64,000 bases of DNA from Steroidobacteraceae bacterium (GTDB lineage: Bacteria; Pseudomonadota; Gammaproteobacteria; Steroidobacterales; Steroidobacteraceae): positions 17,862-81,861 of the forward strand of contig DASTAC010000172.1 of assembly GCA_035713045.1 (NCBI GenBank), given 5' to 3'. The notes beneath the pieces were generated by a model. That model saw only the letters and a list, made by a program, of their open reading frames with translations. It searched no databases and was not told where the DNA came from. Shown in pieces: positions 29,892-39,030 of the stretch (position 1 is the stretch's first letter; each line of letters begins with the position of its first letter). A program made the position numbers and the translations under genes.

Positions 29892-30054
29892 TTCCCCATC
29901 GACCGACCGTCGACCCCGAATCATGAAACGGCACGAGCCGGTGCCCAGGCACAGGGACTGTGCCCCGCCGCCGCAGGGCCGGCAGGAGCTTCGCGCTCGG
30001 CTCGGAGTCGACGTCTGACGGGCTTCCCCGGGCACGGGAGCCGAGCTCAGCGGC

Positions 30055-31374
30055 TCAGCGCGTCATCCACTTGCGGGAGCGGACCGTCGCCACGGCGTAA
30101 GGGAAGATCCAGAAAAGCGCGATGGACGCGTAGTACGTGTACAACACCCCGTACAGGAACCGCATCGAGCGCTCGCTGCGCAGGAAATAGAGCACGCTGA
30201 AGAGCGACATCGCACCCATGGTGGCCATCATGGGCACCGTGATGGTGGGGTCCTGCATCACCAGGATCGGCAGCAGCCCGAGGCTGGTGTAGGAGGCCGG
30301 GTAGCGGAAGTTCGTGACCGCGCGGTCGAACAGCGCCATGACGCGCGTGGGCCACGGCCGCTTCCAGACGATGCGCGTGAAGCGAAGCTCTTCACGGACG
30401 TAGGAGCGGTCCCAGCGCAGCAGCATCTTGCAAAGCTTCACGTACGAGATCGGCACCAGCGTGTGCACGACCGCGGTGCGCTGATAGACCGTGTCATATC
30501 CGCTGTCGAGGAGATAGTTGGTCATGGCGCGGTCCTCGCCGAAGGTGCAGCGGGAGCCTAGGAACTCCTGGTTCTTCCACCGATCCAGCACCTGGCGCAC
30601 GGCCGCCGCGCGCAGGCCCGTGAGCGCGCCCGGACAGCAGTAGACGTTGCGATAGACGGACTCCGTGGCGCGCAGCATGTCGAAAGACAGCATGTAACGC
30701 ACGTGCAGCATCTGCGGAATGAGGCCGTGCGAGCGGTTGTACACCTCCACCCGGCCCGCTACCGCCCCGATCTTCGGATCGCGGAAGGGCCCGGCCAATG
30801 CGAGCAGCGCGCCGCGCTCGATCACACTGTCGGAATCGATCGTGACCAGGACCTCCCCGCGGGCCCGGCTGAAGCCGAGCGCCAGCGCCTCGCGCTTGCC
30901 CCGGTTGCGATCCTGGCGCAGCGCGGTGACGAGCCCCGGATAGCGCTCGGCGGCCTGTGAGATGTAGCTCCAGGTGTCGTCCTTGCTGCCGTCGTCGATG
31001 ACCAGGATCTCGAGTCGATCGTGCGGATAGTCGGCCTTCGCCGCCGACTCGATGGACTGCAGCACCATCGCGCCTTCGTTGTAGGCGGGAATGATGACGG
31101 TGAGGCTCGGCGCGCTATCCCGTGTTGCCGCTGACGCCGGACGATAAAGGATCCAGAAAATGGTACGGACGACGATGAGGAGGAAGCCGAGTCCCAGCCA
31201 GAAGAGGCCGGGATAGGCGAGCGCGCGGATCCCGTGCCGCGCCTCGGCGATCTTCAGTACATGCAGCACGACGGCGTGGAACTGGAAGTAGCCGAGGACG
31301 ATGCACCCGGTGACGATCATGGCGTATACCGCGTAGATCCATAACTGACCCGGCTGCCGGGACTCGTGCATCAT
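30055..31374 (-). CDS. integral-membrane family-2 glycosyltransferase of the processive NodC/HasA/chitin-synthase-like type
   Basis: Two N-terminal and about three C-terminal TM helices around a GT-A domain. Motifs are IIPAYNE, VIDDGSKD, TIDSDS, CPGALTG, GEDRAMTNY and LLRWDRS (a QxxRW variant). Confidence 0.8.
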   Translation of the reverse strand: MMHESRQPGQLWIYAVYAMIVTGCIVLGYFQFHAVVLHVLKIAEARHGIRALAYPGLFWLGLGFLLIVVRTIFWILYRPASAATRDSAPSLTVIIPAYNEGAMVLQSIESAAKADYPHDRLEILVIDDGSKDDTWSYISQAAERYPGLVTALRQDRNRGKREALALGFSRARGEVLVTIDSDSVIERGALLALAGPFRDPKIGAVAGRVEVYNRSHGLIPQMLHVRYMLSFDMLRATESVYRNVYCCPGALTGLRAAAVRQVLDRWKNQEFLGSRCTFGEDRAMTNYLLDSGYDTVYQRTAVVHTLVPISYVKLCKMLLRWDRSYVREELRFTRIVWKRPWPTRVMALFDRAVTNFRYPASYTSLGLLPILVMQDPTITVPMMATMGAMSLFSVLYFLRSERSMRFLYGVLYTYYASIALFWIFPYAVATVRSRKWMTR

Positions 31375-31536
31375 GTTGTAATGGCCGGTGATGGCGTAGG
31401 GGAGTCATCTTACGCGAAGGACGATGAGCTGAACGCGCAGGGCGGGTGAAGTTTACTGAAGATGTCTCATGCCGACCGAAGCGGCCGTCGCGTGCGGACG
31501 ACATGTTTGACTTGCGGCAGCCGCCGGCTGAACCGC

Positions 31537-31878
31537 TCATGAACCGCAGACCTGCTCCCCCACTGCGATTTCGACGTTCTCGCCCGCGATCCTGACTGCA
31601 TAGGTTGCCAGCGGCGCCGTCGCCGGCGATCCGATGGCGGCCCCGGTGCGGCAGTCGAACGCGCCGCCGTGCAGGGGGCAGATGAGCCGGGTCTTGCGCA
31701 AGCGGCCTTCGCTCAGCTTCGCGTAGGCGTGCGTGCAGACATTGTCCGTCGCAAACCAACCCTCGCGAGTGTGGCAGAGGAGAATGCTGCGCGGCCCCAC
31801 CGTGACTTCCAGCATGCTTCCCCGGGGTACGTCGGCGGCCTGCGCGACCGGCACGAAGTGTTTTGAAGCGGTCTGCAT
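31537..31878 (-). CDS. Rieske [2Fe-2S] domain protein (small ferredoxin/NirD-like)
   Basis: CTH...CPLHG Rieske ligands. Its ATG 31876-31878 overlaps the TGA (31878-31880) of the upstream S53 gene by 1 nt. An alternative ATG lies at 31944. Confidence 0.75.
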   Translation of the reverse strand: MQTASKHFVPVAQAADVPRGSMLEVTVGPRSILLCHTREGWFATDNVCTHAYAKLSEGRLRKTRLICPLHGGAFDCRTGAAIGSPATAPLATYAVRIAGENVEIAVGEQVCGS

Positions 31879-33458
31879 CAGAGGCCCGGTATTGCCGCCA
31901 TCTTCGAGCCGTCGGGACTGCCCAGGCCGGTGCAGGCATCCCATCCGGGCGAGGCGGCGAAGCCGCCGTTATTGCCCTGCGTGATGTCGCGCATGGCCGA
32001 AGCGTGGCCGTACAGCGCCGGGCTCATCAAGCCGGCGGGTCGCTCGGCCAACGAATTGATGCGGGCGACCAGCCCGGCCCAAAGCGGGGCGACGGCGCTC
32101 GTGCCGCCGATCACGGCACGCGTGCCGTCCACCAGGACATCGTAGCCCGTTTGCGGATCGGCATCGCCGGCGACATCGGGGACGCCACGCATGGTGAGGG
32201 GCGTGCGACGGCCTTCCGCATCCGTGGTAGCGAGACCCTGCTGCCAGGCAGGCAAGGCGAAGATCGCGCTGACGCCCCCGCCACCGGCGCCGCTGGCGGG
32301 ATTTCCGTTATTCCAGACGACCTCCTTCACGATCGTGGCGCCGGACGCCTGAAGGCTGGTGCCGCCGCACGCGAGCACGTGAGGGCTGGAAGCGGGGAAA
32401 TCGACATGGTTGTTGCCGTCACCGACACCGTCGGTCGACCCACTGTCGCCGGCGGCGACACACACCGTAATCCCCATGGCCGCGGCGGCCTGAAACGCCT
32501 GATCCATCGCCGACATCGCCTGTTGGGTCCATGTGGATTCCGGGCCGCCCCAGCTGATCGAGATCACGGAGGGCTTGCGCACATCGTCATGGAGGGCTGC
32601 GGTCACGGCGTCGAGGAAGCCGGCGTCGGTGTTGGGCGCGAAATACACGGCGATCGCCGCCGCAGGGGCGATGGCGCCTGCGACCTCGATGTCGAGCATC
32701 ACTTCGCCGTCCGGGCCGTTCGGATCGCCGGTCGGCTGATTCGCGCCGTGGTCGACCGAGACTGCGATCACCGCGGGCGGCGTGAGGCCAAGGCCGGCGA
32801 AGTAGGCCTGGACATCGTGCGGGCGGTAGCCGCCGCCGAGCTCGATGAGAGCGATGCATTCGCCCTTGCCGTCGCCCTGTGGAAAGTCGTAGATCGCGGC
32901 AAGTTGCACCGGAGTGAACGGGGTCGCCCCCGCCCGGGCGGGGCGCGAGCGCCGTCTCGGACCGGCGGCTTTCATGCGGAAGTGAGGCCTTGCCTGCGGG
33001 CGGTCGTCGAGTCCGAGCACCGCCTCCACGATGCCGTCCAGCTCCGCCGGAATCTGCACCGGGCCCCTGTGTCCGCGGTAAGTGCCGTCCGGATGGGAGT
33101 AACGCAGCAGGTCGACACCGAAGGCATCGTTGAAGTGCGCGACGGTGCCTGCCAACACGATGGTGCGGCGCCCGGAATGCTCCTGCACGACGGCGAGCCC
33201 GTGGGACTCGGCGAAGTCCCGCACCGCGTCCAGATCCGCCCGACCGGCCCCGTGGTGCCGGGCGAATTCCGGGCGCGAGAGGCGGTCCGCCGCGCCCTCG
33301 CCCTTCGCCAGCCGTTGCAGCCGGTCCTCCAAGCCCTGCCGGTCAGCCGCCCGAACGAAGACGGTGACTTCCAGGCGCTCGTCGGGGTCCGCGGATCCTA
33401 GCAATCGGGAATCCGGCAGCGGACTGCGCTCGCTTCCCCTGAGTGGACGTCTCACCAT
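31878..33458 (-). CDS. S53 (sedolisin/kumamolisin-like) serine-carboxyl peptidase with pro-domain
   Basis: N-terminal pro-kumamolisin-like activation domain (ERLEVTVFVR...FAESHGL...) and a catalytic domain ending in GGTSAVAPLWAGLVARI (nucleophile Ser). GGAGGAGG SD before the ATG. No obvious signal peptide. Confidence 0.8.
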   Translation of the reverse strand: MVRRPLRGSERSPLPDSRLLGSADPDERLEVTVFVRAADRQGLEDRLQRLAKGEGAADRLSRPEFARHHGAGRADLDAVRDFAESHGLAVVQEHSGRRTIVLAGTVAHFNDAFGVDLLRYSHPDGTYRGHRGPVQIPAELDGIVEAVLGLDDRPQARPHFRMKAAGPRRRSRPARAGATPFTPVQLAAIYDFPQGDGKGECIALIELGGGYRPHDVQAYFAGLGLTPPAVIAVSVDHGANQPTGDPNGPDGEVMLDIEVAGAIAPAAAIAVYFAPNTDAGFLDAVTAALHDDVRKPSVISISWGGPESTWTQQAMSAMDQAFQAAAAMGITVCVAAGDSGSTDGVGDGNNHVDFPASSPHVLACGGTSLQASGATIVKEVVWNNGNPASGAGGGGVSAIFALPAWQQGLATTDAEGRRTPLTMRGVPDVAGDADPQTGYDVLVDGTRAVIGGTSAVAPLWAGLVARINSLAERPAGLMSPALYGHASAMRDITQGNNGGFAASPGWDACTGLGSPDGSKMAAIPGL

Positions 33459-33642
33459 GGCGCCGCCTCCTCCGCGATCGTGGAATCCGCAGCAACCTTA
33501 ACGCCGCTGACGAGCTCCGGCCAGAGTCTCCAGGCACCGACGGCCCCGCTGGCCAGGGAGGCACGCTAGTCCGATTGGGCTAACCCACGGGCTCGGCGCC
33601 GCGCCGCGATATGATCCCGGGATCGTCGCAACGAGAGAACCT

Positions 33643-34863
33643 ATGAGGTCAGGCGAGGGTTGGACCGCGGAGAGCCGCAGCGTGGTGGTGGCCAGCTTCC
33701 TCGGATGGATGCTGGATGCGTTCGATTTCTTCCTGGTCGTGTTCGTGCTCCCGCGGCTCGCCACCGATTTCAGGACGGACGTGACGGCCGTGACGCTGGG
33801 AATCAGCGCGACGCTGGCGATGCGGCCGGTCGGCGCCTTCCTCTTCGGGCGGTTCGCGGACCGCTACGGCCGCCGCCCGGCGCTCATGGCCAGCATCCTG
33901 CTGTACTCGGCCATGGAGCTCGCGACGGCCTTCTCACCATCGCTGCAGGTCTTCATCGTGTTGCGGGCGCTCTATGGGATCGCCATGGGCGGGGAGTGGG
34001 GCATCGGCGCCTCGCTCGCCTTCGAGACCGTGCCGGTGCGGTCCCGCGGCCTGGTGTCAGGCATTCTGCAGGCCGGCTATCCCTGCGGCTACCTCGTGGC
34101 CGCGGTGGTGTATGGACTGCTGTTCGATCGCATCGGCTGGCGCGGAATGTTCGTCGTGGGGGCGGCGCCGGCCCTCCTCGTGCTCTACATCTTCAGCAAG
34201 GTGCCGGAATCGAGGACCTGGCAGGCCGGCCGCGCGCAGCCGCGGCAGCGGGGCCTCGGGAGCGGACTGCGCAGTCACTGGAAGCTCGCCCTCTATGCCA
34301 TCGTGCTGATGACCTGCTTCAACGCCTTCAGCCACGGTACGCAGGACCTGTATCCGACGTTCCTCGAGAAGCAGCGCGGGTTCGCGACCGGCACCGTCTC
34401 CGCCATCGCGGTCGTCTACAACATCGGCGCGATCCTCGGCGGCCTCTGGTTCGGGTCCCTGTCGAGCCGGCTGGGGCGGCGGCGCGCGATCGCTCTCGCG
34501 GCCGCGCTGTCGCTCATCGTCCTGCCCTTCTGGGCCTACTCGACCGGCGCGGTGGCGCTCGCGGTGTCGGCCTTCGCGATGCAGTTCATGGTGCAGGGCG
34601 CCTGGGGTGTGGTGCCCGTGCACCTCAACGAGCTTTCACCCGAGGGAATGCGCGCGACCTTCCCCGGGGTGGTCTATCAGCTGGGCAACCTGCTGACCTC
34701 GTTCGATGGAACGCTGCAGGCGGCCATTGCCGCCGCCCGTGCGCACGACGGACGACCGGACTATGCGTTCGCACTCGCAGTCCTCTGCGCTGTGATTGCC
34801 GTCGCGCTCGTTCTGCTGTCGTGGCTCGGGCCCGAACGGTGTAACGTGCAATTCGAGTCCTGA
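33643..34863 (+). CDS. MFS transporter (12 TM; metabolite/organic-anion:H+ symporter-like)
   Basis: MFS signature GRFADRYGRRPALM, RALYGIAMGGEWG and 12 hydrophobic segments. Divergent from the S53 gene across a 184-bp spacer. Confidence 0.85.
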   Translation: MRSGEGWTAESRSVVVASFLGWMLDAFDFFLVVFVLPRLATDFRTDVTAVTLGISATLAMRPVGAFLFGRFADRYGRRPALMASILLYSAMELATAFSPSLQVFIVLRALYGIAMGGEWGIGASLAFETVPVRSRGLVSGILQAGYPCGYLVAAVVYGLLFDRIGWRGMFVVGAAPALLVLYIFSKVPESRTWQAGRAQPRQRGLGSGLRSHWKLALYAIVLMTCFNAFSHGTQDLYPTFLEKQRGFATGTVSAIAVVYNIGAILGGLWFGSLSSRLGRRRAIALAAALSLIVLPFWAYSTGAVALAVSAFAMQFMVQGAWGVVPVHLNELSPEGMRATFPGVVYQLGNLLTSFDGTLQAAIAAARAHDGRPDYAFALAVLCAVIAVALVLLSWLGPERCNVQFES

Positions 34864-35029
34864 CCATGCGCCCCTGCGGGCGCGGTCCGCACCGAGACCG
34901 GGTAATGCATCACGGCCTCGAATTAAGTCAAGCCATGAAATTTCGCGCCCCTCGGGATGATTTGGGCACTCGCCATCGTAGTTCTCCCTGAAGGTCGCGG
35001 ATGGGCCGCGGCCTCAAGAGGAGAGCGAC

Positions 35030-36094
35030 ATGAAATCACATCTTTTCGCGAGTGCCGCCGTTGCCGCCGTGTTTGCCTTCACCACGCCGGCCCATGCCCA
35101 GCTGCTGGGCGGCGGAGTGGGAGGCGCCGTGGGCGGCGCCCTCGGCGGAGCGCTCGGGGGCGGCCTCGGCGGCGGGTTCGGGCCAGGCGGGATGATCAAT
35201 GGCGATGGCAGCGGGTTCGGCGCCCTGGGGGGGTCGGCCGCGGGCCAGACCCGCGGGATCGGGCACTTGCAGGGCCAGGTCACAGGCGCCGCCCAAGGAG
35301 CGGGTCAGGCCGCGGCTCAGGCCGCTGGCGCAAAGAGTGCGGCCCAGCAGACCGGCAGCATCGCGGGCGCTGCGAAGGGGGGGACCCAAGGTGCCGCTCA
35401 AGCAGCGGCGCAGCAGGCCGGGAGCGCGACGGGCAGCGTCGCGGGCGTCACCAACCCCGGTGCCCTGAGTGGGGCCCTGAACGCAGCGGGCAATGCAGCC
35501 GGCAATGCCGGCGAAGCTGCCAACTCCGGTACATCGGCCCCCGGCGACACCAATGCCTCGGGTGCTCTGAATGATGTCATGAGCCCCGTGTCGGGCAACG
35601 CCGCAGGCGACGCGAACTCCAATGCGTCGGCAGGCGCTGCCAGCAATGGGTCCCTGACGAGTGCGCTGAGCTCGGCGGGCAACGCGGTCGGCAGCACCGA
35701 AGGTGACGCGGGTTCCGGTGACTTTTCGGGCAATAGCAATGCTGCCGGCTCACTGACCGGCGCGCTCTCGGGAACTGGCCAGGCGGCGGGGTCCTCGCAG
35801 CCGCAGCATTCCGGCACGGCTCACGGGAGTCCGACCCGGGGCCGCAGCCGTGGCCCGAGCCGCACCGAACGGCCATCCGGGATTATTGCCAGCAACAGCG
35901 CCGGCAGTAACGCCAGTGGCGGATTCAACACCGGATTTGGCGGCGGCGGTACGGCCCGGGGCCCGACCGGTAACGCTCAGGCTCAGGGCGGCTCCTCAAT
36001 GAGCGGTCAGGCCACGGTGTCGCGGTCTCCCTCGGCTTCGGCTGCCGGCTCGGCGCAGGGCAGCGGCTCGGCGAGCGGGTCGATCCAGAATTGA
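35030..36094 (+). CDS. secreted low-complexity Gly/Ala/Ser/Asn/Gln-rich protein of unknown function
   Basis: GGAGAG SD, signal peptide MKSHLFASAAVAAVFAFTTPAHA|Q, and about 330 aa almost devoid of hydrophobic or aromatic residues, with loose ~30-aa repeats. A stem-loop follows the stop. No family recognised. Confidence 0.6.
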   Translation: MKSHLFASAAVAAVFAFTTPAHAQLLGGGVGGAVGGALGGALGGGLGGGFGPGGMINGDGSGFGALGGSAAGQTRGIGHLQGQVTGAAQGAGQAAAQAAGAKSAAQQTGSIAGAAKGGTQGAAQAAAQQAGSATGSVAGVTNPGALSGALNAAGNAAGNAGEAANSGTSAPGDTNASGALNDVMSPVSGNAAGDANSNASAGAASNGSLTSALSSAGNAVGSTEGDAGSGDFSGNSNAAGSLTGALSGTGQAAGSSQPQHSGTAHGSPTRGRSRGPSRTERPSGIIASNSAGSNASGGFNTGFGGGGTARGPTGNAQAQGGSSMSGQATVSRSPSASAAGSAQGSGSASGSIQN

Positions 36095-36120
36095 AGCGCT
36101 CCGGCGAAGGAGTGACCTCA

Positions 36121-36149
36121 AACGGCCGGGAGGTGGGTTCCCGGCCGTT
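36121..36149 (+). terminator. stem-loop (11-bp stem AACGGCCGGGA/TCCCGGCCGTT, 7-nt loop) 26 nt after the stop of the low-complexity gene
   Basis: Read directly. The stem is followed by ATCCTG, with no strong U-tract. Confidence 0.5.
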
Positions 36150-36450
36150 ATCCTGTCCGCCGCGACACGCGCTTCAGGGTCTGCCGACTCGACCTGGACC
36201 GCAGTTCGGCCATCAGCGGTCATCGGCTCAAAGTTCACTTCCGACGCTCCACCGATCGCACGGACGTGAATGCCAGAACGCAATCCGCCCGGTTTGTTTC
36301 CGAGGAAACTACTTCCAGAATCCGAGCACCCGTGCCCGGGTGAGGATGGCGGGCGGACGCGCGCGCCCGCTCGCCGCAGGCGACCTGCGAATGAGGTCAG
36401 CCGCCGAGACGTCTCGACCGTCCTGACGCTGTACGTCAAGCTGCGGGTGA

Positions 36451-37566
36451 TCAGCAGCGCTGGTGCTGAATCGCGTCCGCGACGCGCTCCGCGATCGCCA
36501 GGGCCGCCGTGAGGCCTGGCGATTCGATCCCGTAAAGATTGACGAGGCCGCCCACTCCATGGGCTTCCCGACCCTGGATGAGGAAGTCCGCGGCGCCGGC
36601 CGCAGGCCCGCCCAGCTTGGGGCGAATGCCGGCATAGCCCGGATACAGAGAGCCGTCCGACAGTCCCGGCCAGTAGCGGCGGATCGCGCGGTAGAAGCGT
36701 TCCGCACGGGCGGGATCGACGGTGTAATCCAACTTCTCGATCCACTCGACGTCGGGTCCGAATCGCGCCTGGCCCGCGAGATCCAGCGTAAGGTGCACAC
36801 CGAGGCCGCCCGGCTCCGGGACGGGATAGATCAGATGCCGGAAGGGAGCCCTGCCCTGCAACACGTAGTAATTGCCCTTGGCGTAGCGCGCAGGAGGAAT
36901 GCTGTCCGGCGGCACGCCCTCCAGGCACCGCGCCAGCGCCTGCGCATGGAGGCCCGCACTGTTGACGACGATCCGCGCCTCGAGCTCGAAGCGCTCCTCC
37001 ACCCCAGCCTCGAGCAGAATGCCATGCGTGCCGCAGCGTCCACGCCTCACCGGCGCTCGAAGGGCCACCATGGCACCTGCCGCTTCGAGATCTGCCTGCA
37101 AGGCGAGCATGAAGCCGTGACTGTCCACGATGCCGGTGGACGGGGAGAGCAGCGCTGCGACACAGCTGAGGGCAGGCTCCATGGCTTTCGCCTCGGCGGC
37201 GTCCAGCCAGCGCAGGTCTGCCACCCCGTTGGCGCGGGCAGTCGCGGCAATGCGCTCGAGCGCTGTCACCTGCTCCTCGTCGGCGGCGACGATCAGCTTG
37301 CCGCATCGACGATGCTCGATTCTTCTCGCTTCGCAATACGCGTATAGAAGATGCTTACCCCGGACGCACAGCTGCGCTTTCAACGACCCCGGGGGATAGT
37401 AGATTCCCGCATGGATGACTTCGCTGTTGCGGGAGCTCGTGCCGGTGCCGATGGCATCCTCGGCTTCGAGGACCAGAGTCTCGCGGCCGCGAAGCGCCAA
37501 TGCCCGCGCCACCGCCAGGCCGACGATGCCGGCGCCGACCACGACGCATTCTACCTTCTCAGTCAA
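36451..37566 (-). CDS. FAD-dependent oxidoreductase, L-2-hydroxyglutarate oxidase/dehydrogenase (LhgO)-like
   Basis: Dinucleotide fold [13 protein letters not shown]...LEAE...[14 protein letters not shown] and C-terminal [16 protein letters not shown]. The only start upstream that keeps the Rossmann beta-strand is TTG 37564-37566. The rest of the 36451..38010 ORF is shadow. Confidence 0.72.
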   Translation of the reverse strand: MTEKVECVVVGAGIVGLAVARALALRGRETLVLEAEDAIGTGTSSRNSEVIHAGIYYPPGSLKAQLCVRGKHLLYAYCEARRIEHRRCGKLIVAADEEQVTALERIAATARANGVADLRWLDAAEAKAMEPALSCVAALLSPSTGIVDSHGFMLALQADLEAAGAMVALRAPVRRGRCGTHGILLEAGVEERFELEARIVVNSAGLHAQALARCLEGVPPDSIPPARYAKGNYYVLQGRAPFRHLIYPVPEPGGLGVHLTLDLAGQARFGPDVEWIEKLDYTVDPARAERFYRAIRRYWPGLSDGSLYPGYAGIRPKLGGPAAGAADFLIQGREAHGVGGLVNLYGIESPGLTAALAIAERVADAIQHQRC

Positions 37567-37580
37567 ACGGCACCGGCCAC

Positions 37581-38096
37581 TCAGCCCGAGGCCGCGCGCT
37601 TCGGCCGCCCGCGCGGCCGGTACCGGCGCACAGCCACCGGCGCGGACTCGTAGCTTGCGCGGGCGTCGGCAACACCTGTCGTGAAGGGATTCAGCGCGGT
37701 CACCGTGCCGTATTTGCACCCTTCCTGCAGGTCTTCGGTCAACAGCACAGAGCAGGCCTGAAGCTGCGCGGCGGCGACCACCAGACTGTCCCACCAGGAC
37801 AGCTTGTGGCGCTCCTCGACCGCTCGACCCCGTTCCAACAGAGCGCGATCGACCGCCTGCGGGTTCCAGACGAACAGCGCGCCAACGCAATCCCACGCCT
37901 CCTGCGCAGGGACCGCAGGCTTCATCTTGCGAGTCAGGGTGCTGTAGTACTCGGTGAGCACCTGGACACTGGTGCGTCCAAGCTGCTCCCGCCACAGGTA
38001 GTCCAGCCATTGACGAGCCCGTGCCATCTTCTGCGGCTCGCGGGCGTCGCGCGAATATACGAAGACATTAGTATCGACGAAGAGTGTCCCGGTCAT
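37581..38096 (-). CDS. vapC: PIN-domain toxin VapC with a ~35-aa basic C-terminal extension
   Basis: [14 protein letters not shown]..., with acidic PIN residues (D in FVDTN, E in LTEYY, D in WWDSL, E/D in LTEDL). Preceded by an overlapping RHH gene. Confidence 0.8.
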   Translation of the reverse strand: MTGTLFVDTNVFVYSRDAREPQKMARARQWLDYLWREQLGRTSVQVLTEYYSTLTRKMKPAVPAQEAWDCVGALFVWNPQAVDRALLERGRAVEERHKLSWWDSLVVAAAQLQACSVLLTEDLQEGCKYGTVTALNPFTTGVADARASYESAPVAVRRYRPRGRPKRAASG

Positions 38097-38316
38097 GCAG
38101 GTCCTCCCGCGTGGGGCGACGGCCGTCGGTCCAGGCAAACTCCAGGGGCTTCTCGCTCAGGAAGCGGCGCATGGCCTCCTCGTATGCACGCGCGTCGCCC
38201 ATCCGCCGGTGCAGAAGCTCCGCGAGGAAGCGCGAGACGCTCATGTTCTCCTTGGCCGCCTGGACGCGGACCCAGGCCGCCGTCCGTTCGTCCAAGGTGA
38301 TGGTGACGTTCTTCAC
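38068..38316 (-). CDS. vapB: ribbon-helix-helix (CopG-like) antitoxin VapB
   Basis: VKNVTITLDERTAAWVRVQAAKENMSVSRFLAELL is a typical RHH N-terminus. GTG 38314-38316 has GGAGG 5 nt upstream. Overlaps vapC by 29 nt. Confidence 0.7.
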   Translation of the reverse strand: MKNVTITLDERTAAWVRVQAAKENMSVSRFLAELLHRRMGDARAYEEAMRRFLSEKPLEFAWTDGRRPTREDLHDRDTLRRY

Positions 38317-38511
38317 GAGACCTCCTGCAGAGGGTCGGATCTCCGCTGGGAGGCATAATACCACGGTTCTCGTGTATTTAGGCGGCAGGGGCACCAGCCG
38401 CGCTGGCAGGTGATCCGCGCATCGACTTCCGCTCGCGATCGAATTCGTCCGCGGAACCGGCTCCGGGGCGGGGCGTTGAGCCGGATCGGTCAGACTGCAG
38501 AGGGCTCCGCC

Positions 38512-39030
38512 ATGGAAGCCAGCATCACCTTGCGAGTCGATGGCGCGGAGCGCTCGCTGCGGGTGGATACCCGCACGACCTTGCTCGATGCGCTGCGCGA
38601 CCGGTTGGGGGTCACCTCCGTGAAGAAGGGATGCGACCACGGCCAGTGCGGAGCCTGCACCGTTCTGCTCGACGGCCGGCGGGCGACCACCTGTCTGGCG
38701 CTGGCGGTGGCCTGGGATGGGGCCTCCATCACCACGGCCCTCGGTCTCGCTGCGGGCGGCAAGCTCCATCCGATGCAGCGGGCGTTCCTCGACCACGATG
38801 CGCTGCAGTGCGGCTACTGCACACCCGGGCAGCTCTGTTCCGCCGTGGGAATGCTGCAGGAGGCCAGGGCGGGACATCCCAGCTTCGTCACCTCCGGTGT
38901 CGCCGCGCCGGCAGAGCTCACCGACGATGAAATCCGCGAGCGCATGAGCGGCAATCTGTGTCGCTGCGGCGCTTACGTGAATATCGTGGCCGCGATCCGG
39001 GAAGCGCAGGGCAAAGGAGGGGCATCTTGA
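38512..39030 (+). CDS. xanthine dehydrogenase-family enzyme, [2Fe-2S]-binding small subunit
   Basis: CDHGQCGACTV and CGYCTPG...CRCGAY cluster motifs. No Tat signal. Confidence 0.88.
   Translation: MEASITLRVDGAERSLRVDTRTTLLDALRDRLGVTSVKKGCDHGQCGACTVLLDGRRATTCLALAVAWDGASITTALGLAAGGKLHPMQRAFLDHDALQCGYCTPGQLCSAVGMLQEARAGHPSFVTSGVAAPAELTDDEIRERMSGNLCRCGAYVNIVAAIREAQGKGGAS

Noticed and set aside
34838-34863. tRNA T-loop-like string (CAATTCGAGTCC)
   Set aside because: It lies at the very end of the MFS coding frame. There is no acceptor, D or anticodon arm pairing around it.
36091-36426. 111-aa ORF (TTG start overlapping the stop of the low-complexity gene), and the 80-aa ORF at 36270..36512
   Set aside because: Both have Arg/Pro/Ser-rich shadow composition and no SD, and they span a terminator hairpin. 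I treated the region as non-coding.
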